From Clostridiales bacterium (GTDB lineage: Bacteria > Bacillota > Clostridia > Oscillospirales > Butyricicoccaceae): a stretch of DNA of 64,000 nucleotides. The position numbers and the translations under genes are program-made. Each line of letters begins with the position of its first letter. Position 1 is the first letter of the stretch. Below the pieces are notes generated by a model that worked only from the letters and a program-made list of their open reading frames with translations, did not search any database and was not told the origin of the DNA. The stretch is taken from positions 4,476 through 68,475 of the forward strand of contig JALFIV010000100.1 in the NCBI GenBank assembly GCA_022775385.1, given 5' to 3'. Of the stretch, positions 19,901-29,669 are shown in pieces.

Positions 19901-20479
19901 ATCGCGGATGCGCGCGAGATTGTTGTCGGTCTGTTCCAGACGCTTTTCCGCCTCGCCCTTGCGCGTGCGGAACTTGGTGATGCCGGCCGCCTCCTCAAAG
20001 ACCTCGCGGCGGTCGACGCTCTTGGCGGACAGGATTTCATCAATGCGTCCCTGTCCGATGATCGAATAGCCATCCCGTCCCAGTCCGGTGTCCATAAACA
20101 GCTCCCGGACGTCCTTGAGGCGGACGCGCTTTTTATTGAGGAAATATTCGCTCTCGCCAGACCGGTAATAGCGGCGGGACACCATGACCTCTGCCGCATC
20201 AATCGGAAACCGCACCTCGGCATTGTCCAGAATCAGCGTGACCTGCGCAAAGCCCATGCGTCCGCGCTTTGCCGTACCGCCGAAGATGACGTCCTCCATT
20301 TTATCACCGCGCAGGCTCTTGGTCGACTGCTCGCCCAGCACCCAGCGCACCGCATCCGAGATATTCGATTTTCCGCTTCCGTTCGGTCCGACAATCGCGG
20401 TCATCCCATCGGAAAACCGAATCGTCGTGCGATCCGGAAAGGACTTAAAGCCCTGCAGTTCCAACGATTTTAAATACAA
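16907..20479 (-). CDS. smc: Chromosome segregation protein SMC
   Basis: 1190 aa. Contains Walker A (GPNGSGKSN), long coiled coils, a hinge, the signature LSGGEKA and Walker B (FCILDEIEAALD). Confidence 0.97.
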   Translation of the reverse strand: MYLKSLELQGFKSFPDRTTIRFSDGMTAIVGPNGSGKSNISDAVRWVLGEQSTKSLRGDKMEDVIFGGTAKRGRMGFAQVTLILDNAEVRFPIDAAEVMVSRRYYRSGESEYFLNKKRVRLKDVRELFMDTGLGRDGYSIIGQGRIDEILSAKSVDRREVFEEAAGITKFRTRKGEAEKRLEQTDNNLARIRDVWNELEARSGPLQKQAETAKQYLVLHDELRVHEVSLWMDALDGMKDAIEAGEQALRTAQTDLQKAQEEQNTRYQTIEQLEFEIQAAEMQTEQLRTEQAQTEAEQAERAQRTAVLEESRRNAAQNIELAKQQIASQDEQRQAIASQKQTRQARMKELAEEMEAVRLQQQETAFQIEETAKRGGDGQREVEQLRRAAEQYAEQIFALQNEQTAVKTQLEAMEQRHGSIAEEIQSAQARAEQERGTQCEMRRTQERLEEDIRAQEEDLAEQREIASRLTAQLQDARAAHGRLHSTLLDSRNRIRMLRELQKDYEGFSRAVKLVMNRAESGQLDGVHGPVSSLIQVDDRYVTAIETALGAAASNIIIDTPEDAKRAIQMLKRSDGGRATFLPVDTIRPMTLNERGLESQEGFCGIAADLVECDAVYRDIIANLLGRTVVMENLDCALAMARRHRNRFRIVTRDGQVIHAGGSLTGGSTGRSSGILSRANQLKALEEKERIQSAQLKELEARGTEIAAQAEDAGEMAQAAAELLGANRQKLAAQQAAAHQHQLLLDSVEQAAAQLCAERDNADRLRTEYEQRIAALETELQNKRTERGQAESRAAQAEQAGQQTADRLRELSEQQALLRTRMVQAQTETDAHQQALHDLQALLVGAEQSAQEAQQRITSYERQREADAAELTGLAEKTEQTAQQLTELQQRIRDGVQQRTRLETNKTEQNKLAQALSAQIVSLEREVARAEANTARIRGEEKQLLDKLWENYELTPTAARSTAQPVENRSTVEKRAAALRSEIRKLGPVNLAAIEEYDTLSERLTFLTEQKDDLEKAEEELRKIIAELTVQMQDVFAESFALLNQYFGETFREMFGGGSAELCLEDESDILGCGIEIRVTPPGKSVKNLSLLSGGEKAFVAIALYFAIMKVRPTPFCILDEIEAALDDVNVTRYAQYLRRLSDKTQFIVITHRRGTMEEADMLYGVTMQEQGVSKLLMLNIREVEDQLGIEL

Positions 20480-20661
20480 AAAAACACCTCATATGATCGG
20501 TTTTCGATATCATCCCATTATAGTTCTATACTAGCATACCATGTTTTCCCGCCGCGTGCAATGTGAAATCCCGGCAGGAACGCAAAATTGCTCAAAATGA
20601 TACAATCAAACTGCTCATTCAAACCGATTTCCGTCATTTGTCCGCTTGCGGATTGCGGAAA

Positions 20662-20692
20662 CGAAAAAGGACAGAACTCAGCGGTTCTGTCC
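20662..20692 (-). terminator. Intrinsic terminator after the radical SAM gene (upstream of the smc promoter region)
   Basis: 9-bp stem GGACAGAAC/GTTCTGTCC, followed by TTTTTCGTTT on the minus strand. Confidence 0.65.
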
Positions 20693-20704
20693 CGTTTGCT
20701 GTTC

Positions 20705-21667
20705 TCATTTTTCCTCCGCCGCGGCGATTCGGATATTCCGCTCCGGAAATTCCTTCCTCAGACGCATCAGATTGCACCGCCGCTGACCGATTGCCCGCGA
20801 CAGCTCGCGCCGCGGAACGGTCAGAACACCGTCCTCACTGTGCTCCAGCTGCTCCCGCAGACGGCGGTACCACAGCGCGTTGTACGCAAGGTCTCCCATC
20901 GCCGGATGATAGGCGCCGGCGGCTGCCTGCGCATGCAGATCCTCGCTCGGATTGAGTCCGACCCGGATGACCGGAATGTCCTCCGCGAGAAATACCTCCA
21001 GCATGTCCGCACACCATTCCGCCGCTTCCTCCGGCTCGAGCGACCGGTACGCGCCGCGCCGATACCGCTCATACAGCTCGGTGTCCGGCAGGACGACCAC
21101 CGGATAGATGCGTACGCCGTCCGGATGCAGCGCCGCGATGCGCCGCGCCGTCTCGCGTTCGGTCTCCCGCGTGCTTCCCGGCAGTCCGACCATCGTCTGC
21201 AGAATCAGCGTCATTCCCGCCTGTTTGACCAGTGCGGATGCCCGCCGTGTGTCCTGTGCCGTGTGTCCGCGCCCCGACGCCAGCAGAACCGCTTCGTCCA
21301 TCGACTGCGCGCCCAGTTCCACCGTCGTCACATGATGGCGCCTCAGCCGCTCGAGAATCTCCGGTGTTATCGCATCCGGCCGGGTCGAAATGCGCACATC
21401 CGACAGCCGTCCCGCGCCGATCAGTTCATCCGTCACCGACAGCAGTTCCTCCTGCTGTTCCTCGGCAATCGCGGTAAAACTCCCACCGTAAAACGCCGCC
21501 TGCGGCCGGCTCCCCACCGGCAGACGGGAGAGTCCCTCCTCCAGCAGTTCCCGCGCGCGCACCGCCGTCATCAGCTCGGTCTGCCCTGCAATCGCGTGCT
21601 GATTGCAGAACACACAGCGGCAGGGACAGCCCGCGTGCGGAACAAACACCGGCAGAATGGATGCCAT
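20705..21667 (-). CDS. Elp3/MiaB/NifB-type radical SAM protein of unknown substrate
   Basis: Contains the CxxxCxxC motif in PHAGCPCRCVFCNQ. Its start overlaps the rnc stop codon by 1 nt (TGATG). Confidence 0.85.
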   Translation of the reverse strand: MASILPVFVPHAGCPCRCVFCNQHAIAGQTELMTAVRARELLEEGLSRLPVGSRPQAAFYGGSFTAIAEEQQEELLSVTDELIGAGRLSDVRISTRPDAITPEILERLRRHHVTTVELGAQSMDEAVLLASGRGHTAQDTRRASALVKQAGMTLILQTMVGLPGSTRETERETARRIAALHPDGVRIYPVVVLPDTELYERYRRGAYRSLEPEEAAEWCADMLEVFLAEDIPVIRVGLNPSEDLHAQAAAGAYHPAMGDLAYNALWYRRLREQLEHSEDGVLTVPRRELSRAIGQRRCNLMRLRKEFPERNIRIAAAEEK

Positions 21668-22344
21668 CAGAGTTTCCCCATCAGCTCCAGCGCGGAACGC
21701 GCCGCCATCTGCTCGGCTTCCTTCTTGCTCCTTCCGATGCCCTCGGCAAAGATATTGCTGTTGAGCAGAACCTGTACGGTAAACCGCTTGTCGTGATCCG
21801 GTCCGGACTCCCCGCTCAGCCGGTACTGCAGGGTCTCCTGACGGTTTTTCTGAACGATCTCCTGCAGGGCGGTCTTGTAGTCGCGGAATGCGTGTCCTGC
21901 CTCCGCCAGATCCACCTTCGCCGGCAGGAAGGTCATGATAAATGACCGCGCCGCCTCCAGTCCGCCGTCCAGATAGATCGCGCCGATCAACGCCTCCACC
22001 GAGTCGGCCAGAATAGACGGTCTCTGCCGTCCGCCTCCCATCTCCTCGCCGTGTCCGAGCAGCAGGTGATGATCCAGTCCAAGCTCCTTGGCCACCTCAT
22101 ACAGGGTTTTCTCGCAGACAACCGCCGCGCGCACCTTGGTCAGCTGACCCTCCGGCACATTCGGATAGCGGTGGAATACATAGTCTGCCGAAACCAATCC
22201 CAGTATGGAATCGCCAAGAAACTCCAGTCGTTCGTTGTTCTGCATGTGCAGATCCCGATGCTCATTGGCATAGGAAGAATGCGTCATCGCCGTCGTCATG
22301 AGCGATGCGTCGGTAAACTGATAGATCAATTCGTCTTCCTTCAT
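21667..22344 (-). CDS. rnc: Ribonuclease III
   Basis: Contains the signature NERLEFLGDSIL and a C-terminal dsRBD (GPDHDKRFTVQV...GIGRSKKEAEQMAA). The ATG at 22344 follows AAGGAG. Confidence 0.93.
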   Translation of the reverse strand: MKEDELIYQFTDASLMTTAMTHSSYANEHRDLHMQNNERLEFLGDSILGLVSADYVFHRYPNVPEGQLTKVRAAVVCEKTLYEVAKELGLDHHLLLGHGEEMGGGRQRPSILADSVEALIGAIYLDGGLEAARSFIMTFLPAKVDLAEAGHAFRDYKTALQEIVQKNRQETLQYRLSGESGPDHDKRFTVQVLLNSNIFAEGIGRSKKEAEQMAARSALELMGKL

Positions 22345-22422
22345 CGTACGTCTCCTTTCCATTGGGGTTTGTGAGAATGAAGTGAGACCCTGCGTGCGGC
22401 AGGGTCTCGCATATTTGTTTCA

Positions 22423-22656
22423 TCAATCATCATCGCCGATGCGTGCAACCAGATCGCCGATGGTCTTAATCGTTGCTGCTTCCTCTTCGCTGATCTCGCC
22501 GATGTCGAACTCCTCTTCGATGCTCATCATCAGCTCAACCACATCGAGAGAATCTGCGCCCAGATCTTCAACGAAAGCGGTCTCTCTGGTCAGCGTGTCT
22601 GCGTCGACGCCGAACTGCTCGGCGAGAATGCTGCAAACCTTTTCGAATACCAACAC
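22423..22656 (-). CDS. acpP: Acyl carrier protein
   Basis: 77 aa with the phosphopantetheine attachment site motif [14 protein letters not shown]. Confidence 0.93.
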   Translation of the reverse strand: MLVFEKVCSILAEQFGVDADTLTRETAFVEDLGADSLDVVELMMSIEEEFDIGEISEEEAATIKTIGDLVARIGDDD

Positions 22657-22743
22657 TCCTACCCCCCATCTTTCTCAAATCTTGGAAATACAGGACAGAA
22701 TCACACCGTCCTAGTAAGATAATATGCGACCGTACGCGTCCTG

Positions 22744-23757
22744 TCAATACGAAATCGTCATCTGATCGATATTTTCCTCGATGGTCTTGACCACATCGCC
22801 TTCGACATAGCGGATCGCCTGCATGATGGCGGAGCGGATCGCACGGGCGTTGGAGGAGCCATGCGCCTTGAATACCGGCTTGGAGACGCCGAGGAACGGC
22901 GCGCCGCCGATCTCGCTGCTGTCCATGAGCGCCATAAAGCCCTTGAGCTGCGGCTTGACAAACAGATAACCCAGTTTGGTGCGCACATTGGTCAGGAACA
23001 CCTTCTTGATGCCGCTGCCGAGGAACTTCGCCGCACCCTCAATCGTCTTGAGCACGACGTTTCCGGTGAAGCCGTCGGTGACCGCAACGTCGCAGGCGCC
23101 GAGCATGATGTCATTGCCCTCGACGTTGCCGACAAAGTGGATGCGTCCCTCGTCTCCCGCCTTTTTGAGCAGCGCATAGGTCTCCTTGCGCAGCGGGTCA
23201 CCCTTGGAGTCCTCCGTGCCGTTGTTAATCAGGCCGACGCGCGGCTTTTCCACACCGACAACCTTCTGCATGTAGAAGCTGCCCATGAATGCGAACTGCA
23301 GCAGATACTCCGGCGTGCACTCGACGTTCGCGCCAGAGTCGATGAGTAGAACCTTGCCGGTCTTGGTCGGGAGCAGGGTCGGCAGTGCCGCTCTGCGGAT
23401 GCCGCGGATGCGCTTGACAATCAGCGTCGCGCCCGACAGCTGTGCGCCGGTGTTGCCGGCGGAGACCATCGCGTCGCCCTCGCCGTCCGCAAGCATGCGG
23501 AATGCGACCGCCATGGAGGAATCCTTCTTACGGCGCAGCACGCGCGCCGGATCGTCGTGCATATCGACAACCTCCGTCGCATTGCGGACTGTGATCGGAA
23601 GTCCGTCTGCCTTCTCCTTCTTGAGCAGATCGCGGATGATGTCCTCCTTGCCGACCAGAACATATTCCTGACCGAACTCCTTTGCCGCCATGACACAGCC
23701 GGATACCAGCGCCTCCGGGGCGTTGTCACCGCTCATGGCATCGATAATCAGTTTCAT
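22744..23757 (-). CDS. plsX: Phosphate acyltransferase PlsX
   Basis: MKLIIDAMSGDNAPE start and the characteristic length of 337 aa. Confidence 0.95.
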   Translation of the reverse strand: MKLIIDAMSGDNAPEALVSGCVMAAKEFGQEYVLVGKEDIIRDLLKKEKADGLPITVRNATEVVDMHDDPARVLRRKKDSSMAVAFRMLADGEGDAMVSAGNTGAQLSGATLIVKRIRGIRRAALPTLLPTKTGKVLLIDSGANVECTPEYLLQFAFMGSFYMQKVVGVEKPRVGLINNGTEDSKGDPLRKETYALLKKAGDEGRIHFVGNVEGNDIMLGACDVAVTDGFTGNVVLKTIEGAAKFLGSGIKKVFLTNVRTKLGYLFVKPQLKGFMALMDSSEIGGAPFLGVSKPVFKAHGSSNARAIRSAIMQAIRYVEGDVVKTIEENIDQMTISY

Positions 23758-23770
23758 TTCTATCGTCTCC

Positions 23771-25087
23771 TTATCGACGGATGTCCTCCATCAGCCCGTC
23801 CAGCACCTCGAGTGCCCGGAGGGCGATCTGTGTATTCTTCTCCCGCTTGCCCTTGATGCGGTAGCCCAGCGGTTCGATAATGCCGAAGTTGATGTTCATC
23901 GGCTGGAATTTCTCGTTCGCCTCGTTGGAGATATACAGTCCCAGCGCGCCGATTGCGGTCTCACGCGGGAAATCAATCGGCGGCATCCCGCGCAGCTCAC
24001 GCGCCAGATTCAGTCCGGTCTCCAGTCCCGCCGCAGCGGACTCGATATAGCCCTCCACACCGGTCATCTGTCCGGCAAAGCGGATGCGCGGATCGGTGCG
24101 CAGGCGGAAATGCCGGTCGAGCAGACGCGGAGAGTCCATAAACGTGTTGCGGTGCATGACACCGTAGCGGACGAACTCCGCATTTTTGAGCGCCGGAATG
24201 AGTGAAAAGACGCGCTTCTGCTCCGGGAACTTCAGATGGGTCTGAAAACCGACCAGATTGTACAGAGAACCGGCGGCATTGTCGCGGCGCAGCTGCACCA
24301 CGGCGAACGGATCGCGTCCGGTGCGCGGGTCGCGCAGACCGACCGGCTTAAGCGGACCGTACAGCAGGGTATCGTGTCCGCGCCGTCCCATGACCTCCAC
24401 CGGCATACAGCCCTCGAACACCTTTTTGTCCTCAAAGCCGTGCACCGGTGCCTGCTCCGCCGAGCAGAGTGCCTCCCAGAATACCTCGTATTCCTCCCGG
24501 GTCATCGGACAGTTGATGTAGTCCGCCGTGCCCTTGCCGTAGCGCGAGGCAAAGTACGCCGACTCCATGTCCACAGACTCAAACGTGACGATCGGCGCCG
24601 CCGCATCGTAGAAATGCAGATACTTGCTCTCGCCGAGCAGCGCGGAGATATCCTCAAACAGGGCATCCGAGGTCAGCGGACCGGTGGCGACGATGACCGC
24701 GCCCTCGTCCGGAATGTGGGTGACCTCGCCCTCGTGAACCGTGATGTTCGAATGATTCCTGATTTTCTCGGTGACCAATTCGGCAAACGCCGTGCGGTCG
24801 ACCGCCAGCGCGCCGCCCGCCTCAACGCGGGTCGCGTCCGCACAGGACAGGATCAGACTGCCGCAGCGGCGCAGCTCCTCCTTGAGCAGACCGGGTGCGG
24901 TGTGAATCTCCGCACCGCGCAGCGAATTGGAACAGCACAGCTCGGCAAAGGTGTCTGCATGGTGTGCCGGTGTCCGTTTGACCGGCTTCATCTCATACAG
25001 GTCTACCGAAATTCCCTTTTCCGCCAGCTGCCATGCAGCCTCGCTGCCCGCCAGTCCGGCGCCGATTACGCTCGCCTCATGCTTCAT
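23771..25087 (-). CDS. trmFO: Methylenetetrahydrofolate--tRNA-(uracil-5-)-methyltransferase TrmFO
   Basis: Contains the FAD motif [16 protein letters not shown]. Its 438 aa resemble Gid/TrmFO throughout. It overlaps the topA stop codon by 11 nt. Confidence 0.95.
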   Translation of the reverse strand: MKHEASVIGAGLAGSEAAWQLAEKGISVDLYEMKPVKRTPAHHADTFAELCCSNSLRGAEIHTAPGLLKEELRRCGSLILSCADATRVEAGGALAVDRTAFAELVTEKIRNHSNITVHEGEVTHIPDEGAVIVATGPLTSDALFEDISALLGESKYLHFYDAAAPIVTFESVDMESAYFASRYGKGTADYINCPMTREEYEVFWEALCSAEQAPVHGFEDKKVFEGCMPVEVMGRRGHDTLLYGPLKPVGLRDPRTGRDPFAVVQLRRDNAAGSLYNLVGFQTHLKFPEQKRVFSLIPALKNAEFVRYGVMHRNTFMDSPRLLDRHFRLRTDPRIRFAGQMTGVEGYIESAAAGLETGLNLARELRGMPPIDFPRETAIGALGLYISNEANEKFQPMNINFGIIEPLGYRIKGKREKNTQIALRALEVLDGLMEDIRR

Positions 25088-27431
25088 CTGCCGTCTCCTC
25101 AGTCACTGCCTTTTTTCTTGTGGTTTTCTTTGCTGTTGTTTTCTTGGCTGTCGTCTTTTTTGCCGTGGTTTTTTTCGCGGCGGTCTTTTTTGCGGTCGTT
25201 TTCTTGGCTGTTGTCTTTTTCGCCGCCGTCTTTTTCGCAGCGGTTTTCTTCTTGGTCTCAGCGGTCTCCGTGCTCTGCGCCTCGCCCTCCGCCGCTGCCG
25301 TCTCGGTCTTTTTCTTGCGCGGCGTGCGCTTGCTCACAAACTTGGAGTAGCCGCAGCCCTCCTTATAGCAGACCATCGTCGTCTCTCCGGTCTCGCGGTC
25401 ATAATGGCGGAAAATCGGTCCGCCGCAGTCCGGACACCGCTCCTTCGTGGTCTTGTCCCACGTCATGAACGAACAGGTCGGGTTTTTCTCACAGCCCAGA
25501 TAGCCATAGCCGCGTTTGGACTTCTTTTTGACGACGCGGGCGCCGCACAGCGGGCACTCGACGCCGGTGTCCTCGACAATCGGCTTGGTGAACTTGCACT
25601 CCGGATAGTTCGGGCACGCGAGGAACTTGCCGAAGCGGCCGAACTTGATGACCATCTTGCTGCCGCAGTTCTCGCAGATTTCCTCGGTCTCCTCCGCACG
25701 AATCTGGACACGCTGTCCCTCCATGTCGGTCTCCGCCTTCTGCAGCGCGGCGGAGAAATCGTCATAAAACCGGTGGAGTACCTCGACATAGCCGATCTTT
25801 CCCTGCTCGACCTCGTCCAGCTCCTCCTCCATCTTGGCGGTGAAGCGCAGGTCGGCAACCGAGGTAAACTTGTCTACGAGCAGTTCGGTGACGCCCTCGC
25901 CCAGCGCCGTCGGCTTGAGCGAGCGACCCTCCTTATCCACGTAGTCGCGGTCGAGGATGGTGGAGATGGTCGGGGCATAGGTGGACGGACGTCCGATTCC
26001 CTTTTCCTCCATCGCCTTGATCAGCGACGCCTCGGTGTAGCGCGCCGGCGGCTGCGTAAAGTGCTGTGCCGGCTCGAGCTTCTCACAGGTGACCGTGTCG
26101 CCCTCCGCAAACGTCGGAAGCGGCTTGCCCGCCGTGGTCTTTTTCTCCTCTTCCTTGACGTCGTCACTGGACTCCTCATATACCGCCGTATAGCCCGGGA
26201 ACGCGACGCGGTGGCCGGTTGCGCGGAACAGGTAGCCGGCGGACTCGATATCCGCCGATACGGTGTCCAGAATCGCCTCTGACATCTGGCAGGCAACAAA
26301 GCGGCTCCAGATCAGCTTGTACAGCTTGTACTGGTCGCTGGTCAGAAAGCCCTTGATGTCGTCCGGTGTCAGATGGACATTGGTCGGGCGGATCGCCTCA
26401 TGCGCGTCCTGCGCACTGTTTTTAGTCTTAAAGACGCGCGCCTTGCCCGGATAATACGACTCGCCGAATCGGCCGAGAATATAGTCTCTCGCCGCATCCG
26501 TCGCTTCTGCCGACAGACGCAGGGAGTCGGTTCGCATATAGGTGATCAGGCCGGTCAGACCGTCCTCGCCCAGCTCGATGCCTTCGTACAGCTGCTGCGC
26601 GGTGGACATCGTTCGCTTCGGCACCATGTTCAGCTTGCGCGACGCCTCCTGCTGCAGAGTGGAGGTGGTAAACGGCGGCGCCGGACTCTTTTTCTTCTTG
26701 CCCTTCTTGATGCGGCTGACGGAAAACGGCTTTCCGGTGACCGATTCGACGATCGCCATCGTCTGCTCCTCGGTCTTGAGCTCGATCTTTCCGTCCGCAT
26801 TGCCGTAGAAATACGCGGTGAACGCACCGCCGTCTGCGGTCTTCAGATGGGCATCCAGAGACCAGTATTCCTCCGGAACAAACGCGCGGATCTCCTTCTC
26901 GCGGTCGACCACCATGCGGGTCGCGACCGACTGGACGCGTCCGGCGGACAGACCGCGCCGCACCTTCTTCCAAAGAAACGGCGACAGCTCATAGCCCACG
27001 AGACGGTCGAGAATGCGGCGCGCCTGCTGGGCATCCACCAGATCCGCGTCGATATCGCGCGGGTGGGAGATTCCCTCCTGCACCGCCTTTTTCGTGATTT
27101 CATTGAAGGTCACGCGCTTGGAACGCTGATCACCGAGATACAGCAGCTCCTTCAGATGCCACGAGATCGCCTCGCCCTCGCGGTCCGGGTCGGTTGCGAG
27201 ATAGACAAAGTCGCTCTCGTCCGCCGCCTCGCGCAGTTCGTTGATGATCTTGTCCTTTCCCTCAATCGGGACATATTCCGGTTGGAAATCGTGTTCGATG
27301 TCGATTCCCATGGTTTTTCTCGGCAGATCACGCAGATGTCCCATGGAAGCCTTGACCACATAGTCTGTGCCCAGATACTTTCCGATTGTCTTTGCCTTTG
27401 CCGGGGACTCCACAATGACAAGCTTTGACAT
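25077..27431 (-). CDS. topA: DNA topoisomerase I with a C-terminal Zn-ribbon region and a lysine-rich AKKTT repeat tail
   Basis: Contains a Toprim domain ([19 protein letters not shown]), the active-site region, CxxC...CxxC ribbons and a terminal (AKKT[TA])x9 repeat. Confidence 0.97.
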   Translation of the reverse strand: MSKLVIVESPAKAKTIGKYLGTDYVVKASMGHLRDLPRKTMGIDIEHDFQPEYVPIEGKDKIINELREAADESDFVYLATDPDREGEAISWHLKELLYLGDQRSKRVTFNEITKKAVQEGISHPRDIDADLVDAQQARRILDRLVGYELSPFLWKKVRRGLSAGRVQSVATRMVVDREKEIRAFVPEEYWSLDAHLKTADGGAFTAYFYGNADGKIELKTEEQTMAIVESVTGKPFSVSRIKKGKKKKSPAPPFTTSTLQQEASRKLNMVPKRTMSTAQQLYEGIELGEDGLTGLITYMRTDSLRLSAEATDAARDYILGRFGESYYPGKARVFKTKNSAQDAHEAIRPTNVHLTPDDIKGFLTSDQYKLYKLIWSRFVACQMSEAILDTVSADIESAGYLFRATGHRVAFPGYTAVYEESSDDVKEEEKKTTAGKPLPTFAEGDTVTCEKLEPAQHFTQPPARYTEASLIKAMEEKGIGRPSTYAPTISTILDRDYVDKEGRSLKPTALGEGVTELLVDKFTSVADLRFTAKMEEELDEVEQGKIGYVEVLHRFYDDFSAALQKAETDMEGQRVQIRAEETEEICENCGSKMVIKFGRFGKFLACPNYPECKFTKPIVEDTGVECPLCGARVVKKKSKRGYGYLGCEKNPTCSFMTWDKTTKERCPDCGGPIFRHYDRETGETTMVCYKEGCGYSKFVSKRTPRKKKTETAAAEGEAQSTETAETKKKTAAKKTAAKKTTAKKTTAKKTAAKKTTAKKTTAKKTTAKKTTRKKAVTEETADEA
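25119..25253 (-). repeat. Imperfect 15-nt tandem repeat (about 9 units) encoding [10 protein letters not shown] pentapeptides within topA
   Basis: The plus strand shows reiterated TTTTTTGC[CG]G[TC]GG/TTTTCTTGGCTGT units. The translation is [45 protein letters not shown]. Confidence 0.7.
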
Positions 27432-27531
27432 AAGTGTCTTTCCTCCTGACAGATCCCGGTTCTTGTGAACAACTCGAGATCAGATCTATTAAATATTCTC
27501 TCCGCATGGGCAGATCCATACGGTATTTTTT

Positions 27532-28671
27532 CTATGATTCCGGATTCAGCAGTACCCGTGCGCCGTCCCGCCGGAGCATTCCGTTGATCTCCAGCATGGT
27601 CAGCGCGGCGAGCACGCGGGAGGCCATCATGCCGGTCTCCTCAATAATCGCATCCGTGCTGTCCGCCCCGGATTTCACGGCATCCAGAACGGTCTGCTCC
27701 GCCGCAGACAGAGTGATCCGCGACGGCGGGGTCGGTGCCGGCCGTTCCTTCCGGCGGCGCGACAAATCGGGAAGCGCCTTGGTCGGGGTGAGATGCCTGC
27801 TCTCCTCGGGATAGTGCGCCAGTACATCCGCCGCACAGGTGATCAGCTCGGCGCCGCCCTCGCGCAGCAGACGGTTGGCTCCCGCGCTCTGCGGCGAGTT
27901 GATGTTGCCCGGGACCGCAAACACATCGCGTCCCTGCTCCAGCGCCCGGTCCGCCGTGATCAGCGCGCCGGATTTTTCCGGCGCCTCGATGACAATCACA
28001 CCGCGGCAGAGTCCGCTCATGATGCGGTTTCGCATCGGGAAATGATACGCCCGCGGCTCGGTTCCCGGCGGATATTCCGTGATGACCGCGCCGTGCTCCA
28101 CAATGCGCGCCATCAGATCCTTATGTGCCGGCGGGTAACAGACATCCGCGCCGCATCCCAGTACGGCGACCGTCGTTCCATCCGCCTCGAGCGCGCCGAG
28201 ATTGGCTCTGCCGTCGATGCCGAGCGCCATGCCCGAGACAATCGTACAGCCGGCGTGCGCCAGATTGGCGGCCAGCCAGCGGGAGGCGTTCAGTCCGTAC
28301 GAGGTCGCCCTTCGTGTGCCGACAATACCGACGGAAATCGTATTCTCCCAGTCCGGCATTGTGCCGCGCACATACAGTACAATCGGCGCATCCTCCAGAT
28401 CGCGCAGCGGAGCGGGATAGTCCGTATCCTCCATTGAGATCACGCGGATATCCAGCCGCGCACAGTCGCGCAGAATCAGTAACGCCTGCTCCAGTCCCTT
28501 CTCCATCAGCGACTCGCGCTGATGCTGACGCAGTCCCGGGATGTCCATCAGCTCGCGCTCGGTGCTCTCCCAGACCGCCTGTGCCGTGCCGAAATGCTCG
28601 AGCAGCTTCATCCGCAGTCCCGCGGAACAGCCCGGCCGCTCGGCAAGCCAGATCGCATATTCGTGATTCAT
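27532..28671 (-). CDS. dprA: DNA-processing protein DprA (Smf)
   Basis: Contains the Rossmann-like core VGIVGTRRATSYG...IVSGMALGIDG and a C-terminal winged-helix region. Confidence 0.93.
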   Translation of the reverse strand: MNHEYAIWLAERPGCSAGLRMKLLEHFGTAQAVWESTERELMDIPGLRQHQRESLMEKGLEQALLILRDCARLDIRVISMEDTDYPAPLRDLEDAPIVLYVRGTMPDWENTISVGIVGTRRATSYGLNASRWLAANLAHAGCTIVSGMALGIDGRANLGALEADGTTVAVLGCGADVCYPPAHKDLMARIVEHGAVITEYPPGTEPRAYHFPMRNRIMSGLCRGVIVIEAPEKSGALITADRALEQGRDVFAVPGNINSPQSAGANRLLREGGAELITCAADVLAHYPEESRHLTPTKALPDLSRRRKERPAPTPPSRITLSAAEQTVLDAVKSGADSTDAIIEETGMMASRVLAALTMLEINGMLRRDGARVLLNPES

Positions 28672-28685
28672 CCGTACACGCCTCC

Positions 28686-29468
28686 TCAGCTGTCCGTCCG
28701 GCTCATCTCATACATGACAATAGACGCCGCAATCGACGCGTTGAGCGATTCCGCCCGTCCCGCCATCGGGATAATCAGCTGTTTTTCGCTCAGCACCAGA
28801 CCGCGCTCCGACACGCCGCGCCCCTCGTTGCCGATGATGACGGCAGCCCGGTGCAGAGAGACTGCCGTGAGCGGGACGCTGTCCTCCCGCAGCGCGGTCG
28901 CGTACAGCGGAATGTCCCGCTGTGCCAGCCACTGCGCGGTCTCCTCCAGCTTCGCCATGACAATCGGGATGCGGAAAATCGCGCCCATGGTCGCGCGGAC
29001 CACCTTCGGCGAAACCGGATCGACACAGCCCTCGCACAGGACAATGCCGTCCAGCGCGAATGCATCCGCCGTGCGAAGAATAGTTCCCAGATTGCCCGGA
29101 TCCTGCAGACCGTCAAGCACCAGCAGACGGCGCGCCTGCGACAGACGCTCCAGCGTAAACACCGGCTGGTCACACACGAATACCAGTCCCTGCGGGGTCT
29201 CCACATTGGACAGACGTGCGAGCAGGCTCTCCGGAACCTCGGTCAGCCGTGCTCCCTGCGCTTCCGCCTGCGAGAGCAGTTCGGTATCAAATTGTCTGGT
29301 TTCTCCGAGGACAATCTCCCGCACGGAAACACCGCTCGCGAGCGCCTCGCGCAGCATCTTCTCCCCTTCGCACACCATCTCGCCCTGTGCCCGTCGGAAT
29401 TTTCGCTCTCCCGCCAGACGGCTCAGGCGGCGGATGAGAGGATTGTCTTTGCTTTCAATTCGTCTCAT
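28686..29468 (-). CDS. TrmH/SpoU family RNA 2'-O-methyltransferase
   Basis: Contains the SpoU motifs DGLQDPGNLGTILRTADAF, IIGNEGRGVS and ESLNASIAASIVMYE. I chose the start at MRRIESKDNP (29468). The ORF-track start is 29531. Confidence 0.85.
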   Translation of the reverse strand: MRRIESKDNPLIRRLSRLAGERKFRRAQGEMVCEGEKMLREALASGVSVREIVLGETRQFDTELLSQAEAQGARLTEVPESLLARLSNVETPQGLVFVCDQPVFTLERLSQARRLLVLDGLQDPGNLGTILRTADAFALDGIVLCEGCVDPVSPKVVRATMGAIFRIPIVMAKLEETAQWLAQRDIPLYATALREDSVPLTAVSLHRAAVIIGNEGRGVSERGLVLSEKQLIIPMAGRAESLNASIAASIVMYEMSRTDS

Positions 29469-29624
29469 ACCCTGTCCGCTCTTTGCTTCTTTTTTTGCGG
29501 CATGATCCGTATCGACCTGCCTGCATTCCAATACTAGTTTATCTTATCAGACCTTCCCTCAATGTGCAAGCCGTGATTTTGTTGGGATTTGTAAAGTTAT
29601 TTCGGCGGTGGTTCGGCTGAATCG

Positions 29625-29653
29625 CAAAAAAGAGGACCGATTTCCGGTCCTCT
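29625..29653 (-). terminator. Intrinsic terminator after the CaCA antiporter gene
   Basis: 9-bp stem AGAGGACCG/CGGTCCTCT, followed by TTTTTTG on the minus strand. Confidence 0.7.
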
Positions 29654-29669
29654 CCCTGTTTCCAGCGGA

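Noticed and set aside
25119-25253. Tandem repeats that might suggest a CRISPR array or minisatellite (also 11782..11913).
   Set aside because: Both are in-frame, imperfect short codon repeats inside well-supported genes (topA and the LCP gene). They have no spacers and no cas genes.
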